Source: Squalus acanthias
Lineage: Eukaryota
NCBI GenBank assembly: GCA_030390025.1
Contig: JASTWF010000277.1
Location: 558,001-622,000 of the forward strand
DNA: 64,000 nt
Direction: 5' to 3'
Part shown: in pieces, positions 38,091-50,300 of the stretch
Position numbering within the stretch: position 1 is the first letter of the stretch
How the letters are laid out: every line of letters begins with the position of its first letter
The notes under the pieces: generated by a model
Databases searched by the model: none
Seen by the model: the letters and a program-made list of their open reading frames with translations, nothing else
What the model was told of the DNA's origin: nothing
Translations under genes and position numbers: made by a program

Positions 38091-40252
38091 TACATAGATA
38101 CATAGAAGATAGGAGCAGGAGTAGGCCAACCGGCCCTTCGAGCCTGCTCCGCCATTTAATGAGATCATGGCTGATCCTCGAATTCAGTATCCCGTCCCCG
38201 CCTTCTCTCCGTAACCCTTAACCCCTTTTGCCTGTAGAAATATATCTAATTCCCTCTTAAATATATTTAATGAGCTGGCGTACACTGCCCTCTGTGGCAA
38301 TGAGTTCCACAGGTTCACCACCCTCTGAGTGAAGAAATTCCCCCTCATTTCTGTCCTAAATGGTTTAGCCCTTATCCTTAAATTATGTCCTCTAGTTCTG
38401 TTCTCACCCGCCAAGGGAAACATTCCTTCTGCATCTAGTCTGTCTAGACCTGTCAGAATTTTATACACTTCTATGAGGTCCCCTCTCAATCTTCTAAACT
38501 CCAGTGTGTACATCCCTAAACTACATAGTCTCTCCTCATAGGTCAATCCCGCCATTCCTGGTATCAGCCTGGTGAATCGCCGCTGCACCCCCTCCATGGC
38601 AAGAACATCTTTCCTCAGATGAGGCGACCAAAACTGTACACAGTACTCGAGGTGTGGTCTCACCAGTGCCCTGTACAGCTGCAGCAAGGTATCCCTGTTC
38701 CTGTATTCCAACCCTTTTGCTATGAAGGCCAGCATACCGTTTGCCTTCTTGACCGCCTGTTGCACCTGCATGCTCGCCTTCAGTGACTGGTGTACAAGAA
38801 CACCCAGGTCTCTCTGTACTTCCCCCTCTCCCAATTTATTGCCATTTAAATAATAATTTGCCCTCCCGTTCCTGCACCCAAGGTGGATAACTTCGCACTT
38901 GTCCACATTATAGTGCATCTGCCATTTATCCGCCCAATCACCCAGTCTGTCCAAATCGCTCTGGAGCTTCCTGGTCTCCTCCTCTGAGCCCACCCCCCCT
39001 CCTAGTTTAGTGTCGTCTGCAAATTTGGAAATGCTGCATCCGACTCCCTGATCCAGGTCATTAATGTAAATTGTGAACAGCTGGGGACCCAGGACAGATC
39101 CCTGTGGTACCCCACTTGTTACTGCCTGCCATTCAGAAAATGAGCCGTTTATTCCAACTCTCTGTTTTCTATCTGACAGCCAGTTCTCTATCCACGTCAA
39201 TACTTTCCCCTTTATCCCATGAGCTTCAATTTTCCATGCTAATCTTTTATGTGGGACCTTGTCGAAGGCCTTTTGGAAGTCCAGGTACACCACATCTACT
39301 GGCTCTCCCCCATCTATTTTACCAGTTACTCCCTCAAAAAATTCCAATAGATTAGTCAAGCACGATTTACCCTTTGTAAATCCATGTTGACTCTGTCCTA
39401 TCCTGTCCCCATTTGCTAAGTGCTCCGCTATTTCATCCTTAATGATGGACTCCAGCATTTTGCCCACAACTGATGTAAGGCTTACAGGTCTGTAATTACC
39501 TGCTTTTTCCCTACCCCCCTTTTTGAATAGTGGGGTAACGTTAGCTACCCTCCAATCCATGGGCACTGTTCCCGAGTCTAATGAATTCTGAAAAATCATA
39601 CTTAGTGCATCCGCTATCTCTAGGGCCACCTCCTTCAGTACCCTAGGATGCATGTTATCAGGCCCTGGGGATTTGTCCGCCTTCAATCCCTTTAGCTTCC
39701 TTAACACCATATCCTTAGAGATATTGATTTGCGTCAGTTCCTCCTTTGCCCATGTCCCTATTTTTCCCGATATCCCAGGGAGGTTTTTTGTGTCTTCCTT
39801 CGTAAAGACTGACCCAAAGTATGCATTTAGTTGGTCTGCCATTTCCTTATTTCCCGTTATATATTCCCCCGTATCTGACTGCAATGGACCAACTTTGGTT
39901 TTCACCAGTCTTTTCCTCTTGATATACTTATAAAAGCTTTTGGAGTTAGTTTTTATATTTTCCGCCAGCTTGCTTTCGTAAGCTATTTTGCCCCTCTTGA
40001 TTAAGCCCTTTGTCCTCCTTTGCTCTATCTTAAACCGTTCCCAATCTTCCGCTCTGGCGCTTTTTTTGGCTATTTTATACGCCCTATCTTTGGATTTTAT
40101 GCTGTCTCTAATTTCCCCTGTTATCCACGGTTGAGTCACCTTTTTAGATTTCCTTTTATGCCAGATTGGTATAAACAATTTTTGCAATTTTGTCATTCTA
40201 TCTTTAAATGCTTGCCATTGTTTATCTACCTCCAGTCCTCCCAGGAATGTTG
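38091..40252 (-). mobile_element. Young 5'-truncated CR1 with an uninterrupted 670-aa ORF2 portion (38184-40196), inserted in an older L2-like remnant
   Basis: Intact RT motifs; tctatgta tail; flanks 37915-38090 and 40253-40400 appear to continue one old element. Confidence 0.95.
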
Positions 40253-41624
40253 AGCTCGGTCTGACTGTGCTTGACGGATCTAGTGATGGAAGAACAAGGT
40301 TTGCGCCGCATACTCTGAAATCTGTGGCTCTTAGAATTGACGGAGTGAAGATGGAGCCAAACCTCGTGGAAAAAGCAAGTTGTTACTAGGGACAAGGTCA
40401 TCAACGTTGGAGGCGAATGAATAAATCGAGGACATGGAGTAGACAGTGAGAGAGATTCAAAAGTGAGAGAATCATGAGGGAGTCTTACGTGTTGGAGCTT
40501 TGTGCTTAATTAACTATCCAACCAAATTAGAGAACTACAAGAACACCAGCACTCTCCAATATACTTCTACGAATCTGTAATACATTTATTCATAACTGAA
40601 AGCTTACAATAACTGTACAATCAAACGCACATTATTTTATATTGCTATTAAAAACCTCTTAAATCTGGTAACAGCAATGCAGCAATACCCTGCAAACAGT
40701 AGTTCAGCAAACTACTGTGAAACCTGAGTAAAATTTGTATTTCCCTCATGGGTGTTAAGCATCGGCTGGGCGTAGTGTAGGGAGGCAAATCTGGAAGGGG
40801 CGGATCTCACGGTTATAGCTAAAATGGAACACCATTAATATTAATGGACAGGAAGTCAGTCGTGTTCCATAAGGAGAGTTAGATCACTGGCGCTAAAAAA
40901 AACAAATACCAGGAGGTAGGATGGGCATCACTCGCAGATTGCATTTCTATATACGGCCATTTGCAAACAAAAGTTTCTCTGGATAATATTGAAAGGTGTT
41001 AAATGGCAATGACAATTGGCTTGCTCGGCTCTGGACCTCTTGTTGAGTGGGGCGCACCTTTTCCGGGGGGAGCTGCAAATATTCTACTGGTGCACCATCT
41101 TGTAGATGTTGGAGTCGTCACCGAATGTTTTGAAGGTGTCTCGATGAGTCTAAAAGGAAGAACGGCAAAATGCTAAAAAGAGCATTGTTCCAGTCGGCGG
41201 TCAGTAACGGAAAATATTGCACCACTGTAACGGATTTTGATTGTCTGCTGACAGTTATATTTTCAGATGAAGTTATCAGCTCATGTTCATTTGTGTAAAA
41301 ACCAGGAAGGACTCGCGAGCAGCAACAAGGAAACAGGAGATTCTGGAAACAATTAGCGGCCTGAACTTTCCGGTGTACGAGGCATAAACCGCGTGTGATG
41401 AGATTGAACGCCCGCAGAACTGACATGGATGGAATGGAAATCGGGAATGTTCACAAAGGCAGAATCCATATCGTCTGTTTTTCACCCCCCAAAAGGTGAA
41501 AGTTCCAGCGCCTACTTCCCACAGCACACACAATGAGTAGGGACACATGACGAGTCCAGGAGGTTTACAAAAAAATATTGTTGTAAGACATGGAGACCTC
41601 ACAATTCGAGCTATCTGGAGCTCC

Positions 41625-41890
41625 TCCCCACCCCACCTGATATCCACAGCTCATCCTCACCCCACCTAATGTCTTCAGTTCCTCCCCACCCCAACTAATA
41701 TCTTCAGCTCATCTCCGCCCACCTACTAGCTTCAGCTCCTCCCCACCCCGCCGAATTACTTCATCTTCACCCCACCCCACCTAATATCTGCACCTTCTCC
41801 CCAGGCCATCTACTATACTCATCCCCGCCCCACCCCACCTAATATAATATGGTCCTCCCCACCCCACCAATTATCTTCAGCTGATCTACA
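41625..41890. repeat. 29-bp degenerate repeat (AGCTCCTCCCCACCCCACCTAATATCTTC)n
   Basis: About 9 units read directly. Confidence 0.85.
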
Positions 41891-41894
41891 CCCT

Positions 41895-42385
41895 TTAAGC
41901 TACAAGGTGCATGTTTACAGGTCTGGAAGATTAGTAAGGGCAACTGAACGTGTTCTGTTGGTTTAACTTACATGGTGCATGTTTATAGGCCTGTTGGACA
42001 ATTAAGGGCGAGCGTTCGCCCCCTGATGGTTTAAGCTACATGGTGCATCTTAACAAGTCTGCAGTATGAGTAAGGGCGAGTGTGCGCCCCCTGGTGGTTT
42101 AATGTAGAAAGTGCATATAACCAGGTCTGTAGTTTGAGTAAGGGCGAGTGTGCGCCCCCTGGTGGTTTAATGTACACAATGCCACTTACCAGGTCTGTAG
42201 TGAGCGTAAGGGTGCGTGTGCGCACCCTGCTGGCTTAATGTACACAATGCATTTTACCAGGTCTGCAGTGAGGGTTGGGGTGAGTGTGCGCTCCTGGACT
42301 TAATGTGAACAATGCATTTTACCAGATCTGTAGTGTGAGTAAGCGCGAGTGTGCGCCCCTGGTGGTTTAATGTGGAATGTGCGGT
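41895..42385 (-). promoter_or_regulatory. 68-bp tandem repeat carrying co-oriented CTCF-consensus motifs
   Basis: CCACCAGGGGGCGC on the minus strand at 42084-42097 and 42152-42165; near matches at 42017-42029, 42220-42233 and 42353-42365. Confidence 0.7.
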
Positions 42386-44334
42386 GCTGTTTCATGCAAC
42401 TTCGAGTTTCAGATCGTGAATTAAATCTTTATAAAACAGTTGAGGGACCATTACATATTTTACACAGAAATAATTATTTTCCGAAGAGTAATTCTAAAAG
42501 CCAATAATTTATTCGACAGTTTGAAGGAATGACTAACGTGGTTACAGAGTGACGGGGATAACTTTATTAACCTCTGCCCCATTGCACTGAATTTGATGAA
42601 CTTTCATCTTTTCTCACTTTATAGACTATTTTTAGGGTCTTGGTAAAAATCTTCAATGTTTATAACACAGGGAACTCAGTGAGAAACTGTTCAGTTTAAC
42701 AGGGTCCGGTCTGTCTGAAGACTAACAGACAACCAGTTACACAAGGCACTGGTTGGGAATCCGGGGAATGTAAGTCTCTGCTAGAAACAGAAGCATCGTG
42801 TCGGAAACAAAGTTCAAGTGCCCGCAGAAACAGAGACTTGCAATGGAAATAAAACTGCCCAGAGTTTAGCGCTCACACATCTGTTTGTTACACCTACACG
42901 TTAAAGACTCAAAGCTCTGCACAACTCTGTCGCAGTAATATCTTGATTCCTAGGAATAGGCAGTAATGCGCTGTCTAAGGCGGCCATCGCTGCTATCCGC
43001 CGTCGCCTCGCTCACTCTGGGAACCTGGGAGCAGCGAAAAATTGATTCGCAAAAATCTGTTTAGAGTTTCGAGTTTGCACATAATTTTACAAAGAAAGAG
43101 ACATTTTACAGGTGTTTTGATGTATTGCATTATATTAATAGTTAGATACAAACTTTAATTATTACTAAAGGGCACTGGGGGAGGGCGCATACAGACGCAA
43201 GAATAATTTATTGAGGACACTGCACGTTTATCCTCCTCTCCGTTCACAGACAAAGACACTGTGGGTTCGGGATCAAGGTGGGGGAATCAGGCACTGTTTG
43301 GATGAGGTGCTGTGAACTGTGAAAATTGGGTTTGACTGACAGGCCAGGGTTATATGAGGGGAGGCAGAACGAGTGGTCTCTCTATCTGCTCCTCGGTTGT
43401 GCTGTGAAGGAAATAGCCATATTCCAAGAAATACATGATCCTATAAACAAATTTGATAATATTAAAACATGACAAACTGGGGTTAAAAATCTAAAAGCCT
43501 CAACGACACAAGTCATAAAACAGAAATAAAGGCTTCTGAGATAAAGATCAGTTGTTAACAAAGTTGCAATGGGAAATGTTTATAAATACAAAGACATGGC
43601 CCTATTGAAACAGCAGGCTGGAGGTTCCTCTATGTCTGAACATTGGAACCAACACAATGGAATGACGGAAGTAAAGTGACAAAATCTAACACGTCGAACA
43701 GGTGCACACAACATTAAAAAATCAAGTGCCTTTGAAAAAATGACCAAGTAAAAGAAATACCTGTCGTTAAATAGTTTTATGTTAAAATTAGAACAAGGAG
43801 ACATGATTCTTAATATAACCAAGTGAAATAACTAAGAAATGTAAAGAACACCCTAGATGAAGTGTTTTTGAATTACAAATTGTAAAAATTACCTACAGAG
43901 AGACTTTGTAGCTATTACATCAGTAGACGACCCCAAGCAATTACATTGTTTATGTGTTAAACTTGGAACGCAAAGAGACAGGAGTCTGTGTTACAAACAG
44001 CAGACGTGATTTAGAAATTCAATCGAAAGACTTCCTAAGAATGGCATCAAATAGATAAATCGATAATAAACATAAAAATGATAAGTTATTGAAACACCTA
44101 AAGGTAGAGACACAATCTGTTTGCAACAGTTGAAACGAAAGTAAGAATAGAAAACAATTCAATAGTGTATCACAAGAGACAATTAGCTTACATTAAGAGA
44201 ATACTTCAAAGACAATAACACTAAAAAGAGTATAAAAATAAGAGCTTTTCAGATGAAAAGTCAGAAGTCGCTGGATGGGCAAGCGTTTACAGAAAGTTGA
44301 CAGAATCCCCACAGTGCAGATAGAGGCCATTTCG

Positions 44335-47300
44335 GTGGTGCAGTGGGTTATCAATTGCCCTTTCCCCTCTCTCTGGTGGGGGAGAGTGGGTACAGTGGGT
44401 TAACAATTGCCCTTTCCCCTCTCTTTGGTGGGGGAGTGCGGGTACAGTGGCTTAACAACTGCCCTTTCCCTTCTCTCTGATGGGGGAGTGGGTGTACAGT
44501 GGGTTAACAATGGCCCTTTCCTCTCTTTCATTTGGGGAGTGGGGTTACAGTGGGTTATCAATTGCACTTTCCCCTCTCTTTGTTGGGAGAGTGGGGGTAC
44601 AGTGGGTTAACAATTGCCCCTTCATCTCTCTCTGGTGGGGGAGTGGGGATACTGTGGGTTAACAATTGCCCTTTCCCCTCTCTTTGGTGGGGGAGTGGGG
44701 GTAGAGTGTGTTAACAACTGCCCTTTCCCCTCTCTCTGGTGGGGGAGTGGGGGTACAGTGGATTAACAATTGTCCTTTCCCCTCTCTCTGGTGGGAAAGT
44801 GGGGGTACAGTGGGTTAACAATTGCCCTTTCCCCTCTCTCTGGTGGGAGAGTGGGGGTACAGTGGGTTAACAATTGCCCTTTCCCCTCTCTGTTGGAGAG
44901 TTGGTAAATAGTGGGTTAACAATTGTCCTTTCCCCTATCTCTGGCGGGGGTGTGGGGGTACAGTGAGTTAACACTTGCCCTTTCCTCTCTCTGTTGGAGA
45001 GTGGGGGTACAGTTGGTTAACATTTGCACTTTCCTCTCTCTGCTGGGGATTGGGGGTACAGTGGGTTAACAATGGCCCTTTCCTCTCTTTCTGGTGGGGG
45101 ATTGGGGGGTACAGTGGATTAACAATTGCCCTTTCCCCTCTCTCTGGTGGGGGATTGGGGGGTACAGTGGGTTAACAACTGCCCTTTCCCCTCTCTCTGG
45201 TGGGGGAGTGGTGGTACAGTGGATTAACAAATGTCCTTTCCCCTCTCTCTGGTGTGGGAGTGGAGGTACAGTGAGTTAACACCTGCCCTTTCCTCTCTCT
45301 GTTGGAGAGTGGGTGTACAGTGGGTTAACAATTGCCCTTTCCCCTCTCTCTGGTGGGGGAGTGAGGGTACAGTTGGTTAACAACTGCCCTTTCCCCTCAC
45401 TCTGGTGGGGGAGCGGAGGTACAGTGAGTTAACAATTGCCCTTTCCCCTCCCTGTTGGGGAGTGGGGGTACAGTGGGTTAACAATTGTTCTTTACTCTCT
45501 CTCATGTGTGGAAGTGGGGGTACAGTGGGTTAACAATTGTTCTTTACTCTCTCTCATGTGTGGAAGTGGGGGTACAGTGGGTTAGCAATTGCCCTATCCC
45601 CTATCTCTGCTGGGGGAGTGCGGGCGCATTGGGTTAACAATTGCCCATTCCTCACTCTCTGGTGGGGGCGTGGGGGTACAGTTGGTTAACACTTGCTCTC
45701 TCCCCTCTTTCTGGTGGTGAGTGGGGGTACAGTGAGTTATCAATTACCCTCTACTCTCTCTGTTGGTGAGTGGGGGTACAGTGGGTTAACAATTGCCCTT
45801 TCCCCTCTCTCTGGTGGGAGTTGCAGTACAGCGGGTTAACAATTGCCCTTGCCTCTCTCTCTGGTGGGGGAGTGGGGGTACAGCGGGTTAACAATTGCCC
45901 TTTCTCCACTCTCTGTTGGTGGATTGTGGGGTACAGTACGTTAACAATTGTCCTTTCCTCTCTCTCTGATGGGTGAGTGGGGATACAGTGGGTTAACAAT
46001 TGTCCTTCCCCGTCTCTCTGAGGGGGAGTGGGGTACAGTGTTTGAACTTTTGCCCTTTTCTCTCTCTCAGGTGGGGGAGTTGGAGGTTAATTGGGTTAAC
46101 TATTGCCCTTTTATCTCTCTGGTGGGGGAGTGGCGGTACAGTGGGTTAACACTTGCTCTCTCAACTCTTTCTGCTGGGGGTGTGGGGTACAGTGGGTTAA
46201 TAATTGCCATTTCCCCTGTCATTGGTGTGGGAGTGGGGGTAAAGTGGGTTAAAAAATACCCTTTCCCCTCTCTCTGGTGGGGGAGTGGGGGTACAATTGG
46301 TTAACAATTGCCCATTCCCCTCTTTCTGGTTGGGGAGTGGGGGTACAGTAGGTTAACAATTGTCCTTTCCTCTCTCTGTTGGGAGTGGGGGTGCAGTGAG
46401 TTAACAATTGCCCTTTCCCCTCTATCTGTTGGGGGCGTGGTGTTACAGTGGTTTAAAATTTCCCTTTCCTCTCTCTCTGGTGGGGGAGTGGGGGTACAGT
46501 GGGTTAACAATTGCCCTTTCCTCTCTCTGATGGGGGTGTGGGGGGTACAGTAGGTTAACAATTGCCCGTTCACCTCTCTCTGATGGGGGAGTGGGGGCAC
46601 ATTGGGTTAACAAACGCCCTTTCACCTCTCTCTGATGGGGGAGTGGGGGTACAGCCGGTTAATAATTGCCCTTTCCTCTCTCTCAGGTGGGGGATTGTGG
46701 GTACAGTGGTTTAACAATTGCCCTTTCCTCTCTCTCTGCTGGGGGAGTGGAGGTACAGTGGGTTAACAATTGCCCTTTCACCTATCTCTGCTGGGGGAGT
46801 GGGGGTGCATCGGGTTAACTAATGCCCATTCCTCACTCTCTGTTGGGGGCGTGGGTGTACAGTGGGTTAACACTTGCTCTCTCCCCCCTTTCTGGTGGGG
46901 GATTGTGGGTACAGTGGGTTAACAATTGTCCTTTCCTCTCTCTCTGGTGGGGGAGTGGCGGTACAGCGAGTTAACAAATGCCCCTTCCCCTCTCTCTGGT
47001 GCGGGAATGGGGTACAATGTTTGAACTATTGCCCTTTCATCTCTCTATGTTGGATAAGTGGGGATACAGTGTGTTAAAACTTGCTCTCTAACATCATTCT
47101 GGCGGGGGAGTGGGTGTACAATTGGTTAACAATTGCCCTTTCCCCTCTCTCTGTTGGGGGAGTGGGGGTACAGTGAGTTAACAATTGCCCTTTCCCCTCT
47201 CTCTGGTTGGGGTTGGGGTTACAGTGAGTTAACAATTATTCTTTCCCCTCTATCTGTTGGGGGCGTGGGGTTACAGTGAGTTAACTATTGCCCTTTCCCC

Positions 47301-50300
47301 TCTCTCTGGTAGGGGAGTGGGGGTACAGAGGGTTAAAAATTGCCCTGCTCCCTCTCTCTGTTGGGGAGTGGGGTACAGTGGGTTAACAATTGCCCTTTCC
47401 CTCTATCTGGCGGGGCAGTGTGGGTACAGTGTGTTAACAATTGCCCTTTCCCTCTCTCTGGTGGGGGAGTACGGGTAAAGTGGGTTAACAATTGCCCTTT
47501 CCCCTCTCTCTGGTGGGAGTTGCAGTACAGCGGGTTAACAATTGCCCTTTCTCCACTCTCTGTTGGTGGATTGTGGGGTACAGTACGTTAACAATTGTCC
47601 TTTCCTCTCTCTCTGATGGGTGAGTGGGGATACACTGGGTTAACAATTGTCCTTCCCCGTCTCTCTGAGGGGGAGTGGGGTACAGTGTTTGAACTTTTGC
47701 CCTTTTCTCTCTCTCAGGTGGGGGAGTGGGAGGTTAATTGGGTTAACTATTGCCCTTTTATCTCTCTGGTGGGGGAGTGGCGGTACAGTGGGTTAACACT
47801 TGCTCTCTCAACTCTTTCTGCTGGGGGTGTGGGGTACAGTGGGTTAATAATTGCCATTTCCCCTGTCATTGGTGTGGGAGTGGGGGTAAAGTGGGTTAAA
47901 AAATACCCTTTCCCCTCTCTCTGGTGGGGGAGTGGGGGTACAATTGGTTAACAATTGCCCATTCCCCTCTTTCTGGTTGGGGAGTGGGGGTACAGTAGGT
48001 TAACAATTGTCCTTTCCTCTCTCTGTTGGGGAGTGGGGGTGCAGTGAGTTAACAATTGCCCTTTCCCCTCTATCTGTTGGGGGCGTGGTGTTACAGTGGT
48101 TTAAAATTTCCCTTTCCTCTCTCTCTGGTGGGGGAGTGGGGGTACAGTTGGTTAACAATTGCCCTTTCCTCTCTCTCTGGTTGGGGAGTGTGTGTGCAGT
48201 GTTTTAACAATTGCCCTTTCCCCTCTCTCTGGTGGGAAAGTGGGGGTATAGTGGGTTAACAGTTGCCCTTTCATCTCTCTCTGGTGGGAAAGTGGGGGTA
48301 TAGTATTTTAACAATTGCCCTTTCCTCTCTTTCTGGTGGGGGAGTGTGGGTGCAGTGTGTTAACAATTGCCCTTTCCCCTCTCTCTGGTGGGGAGTGGGG
48401 GTACAGTGGGTTAACAGTTGCCCTTTCCCCTCTCTCTGGTGGGGAGTGGGGGCACAGCGGGTTAATAATTGCCCTTTCCTCTCTCTCAGGTGGGGGAGTG
48501 GGGGTACAGTGGGTTAACAATTGCCCTTTCCTCTCTCTCTGGTGTGGAAGTGGAGGGACAGTGGGTTAACAATTGCCCTTTCACCTATCTCTGCTGGGGG
48601 AGTGGGGGTGCATTGGGTTAACTAATGCCCATTCCTCACTCTCTGGTGGGGGAGTGTGGGTACAGTGGGTTAACAATTGTCCTTTCCTCTCTCTCTGGTG
48701 GGGGAGTGGCGGTACAGTGGGGTAACAAATGCCCTTTCCCCTCTCTCTGGTGCGGGAATGGGGTACAATGTTTTAACTATTGCCCTTTTATCTCTCTATG
48801 GTGGGGGAGTGGGGATACAGTGGGTTAATACTTCCTCTCTAACCTCATTCTGGCGGGGGAGTGTGGGTAAAGTGGGTTAACAATGGTCCTTTCCTCTCTC
48901 TCTGATGGGGGAGTGTGGATAAAGTGGGTTAACAATTGCCCTTTCATCTCTTTCTGGTGGGTGAGTGTGGGTGCAGTGTGTTAACAATTGCCCTTTCCCC
49001 TCTCTCTGGTGGGAAAGTGGGGGTATAGTGGGTTAACAGTTGCCCTTTCCTCTCTCTCTGGTGGGAAAGTGGGGGTATAGTGGTTTAACAATTGCCCTTT
49101 CCTCTCATTCTGGTGGGGGAGTGGAGGTACAGTGGGTTAACATTTACACTTTCCTCTCTCTGTTGGGGAGTGGGGTACAGTTGGTTAACAATTGCCCTTT
49201 CCTCTCTCTCTGGCCGGGGAGTGGGGGTACAGTGGGTTAACGATTTATTCTCTCCCCTCTTCCTGGTGGCGGAGTGGGGTACAGTGCGTTATCAATTGCC
49301 CTTTCCCCTCTCTCTGGTGGGGGAGTGAGGTACAATGGGTTATCAATTGCCCTTTCCCCTCTATCTGGTGGGGAGTTGGGGTACAGTGTGTTAACAACAT
49401 CCCTTTCCCCTCTCTCTGGTGGGGGAGTGGGGGTACAGTGAGTTAACAATTGTCCTTTCCTCTCCCTCTGTTGGGGAGTGGGTGTACAGCGGGTTAACAA
49501 TTGCCCTTTCCCCTCTCTCAGGTGGGGGAGTGGGGGTACAGTGGGTTAACAATTGTTGTTTCCTCTGTCTCTGGTGGGGGGCTGTGTGTACAGCGGGTTA
49601 ACAATTGTCATTTCCCCTCTCCCTGGTGGGGGAGTGGGGGTACACTGGGTTAACAATTGTCCTTTCCTCTCTCTCTAGTAAACAAGGGGAATTATGATGC
49701 CATTAGACGGGAACTGAGTAGGTCTGATTGGACAACGTTCCTGGGAGGACTGGAGGTAGATAAACAATGGCAAGCATTTAAAGATAGAATGACAAAATTG
49801 CAAAAATTGTTTATACCAATCTGGCATAAAAGGAAATCTAAAAAGGTGACTCAACCGTGGATAACAGGGGAAATTAGAGACAGCATAAAATCCAAAGATA
49901 GGGCGTATAAAATAGCCAAAAAAAGCGCCAGAGCGGAAGATTGGGAACAGTTTAAGATAGAGCAAAGGAGGACAAAGGGCTTAATCAAGAGGGGCAAAAT
50001 AGCTTATGAAAGCAAGCTGGCGGAAAATATAAAAACTAACTCCAAAAGCTTTTATAAGTATATCAAGAGGAAAAGACTGGTGAAAACCAAAGTTGGTCCA
50101 TTGCAGTCAGATACGGGGGAATATATAACGGGAAATAAGGAAATGGCAGACCAACTAAATGCATACTTCGGGTCAGTCTTTACGAAGGAAGACACAAAAA
50201 ACCTCCCTGGATATCGGGAAAAATAGGGACATTGGCAAAGGAGGAACTGACGCAAATCAATATCTCTAAGGATATGGTGTTAAGGAAGCTAAAGGGATTG

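Noticed and set aside
41040-41149. Minus-strand acceptor (tttag) followed by DSSRHLQNI.../DDSNIY, faintly like the start of a shark IgM TM exon
   Set aside because: Early stop, needs a frameshift, and no hydrophobic WTTASTFIVLF-type segment follows
43250-44320. Isolated CACTGTG (~43257) and CACAGTG (~44310) as D/J RSS
   Set aside because: No nonamer at the correct spacing and no V/D/J coding segment
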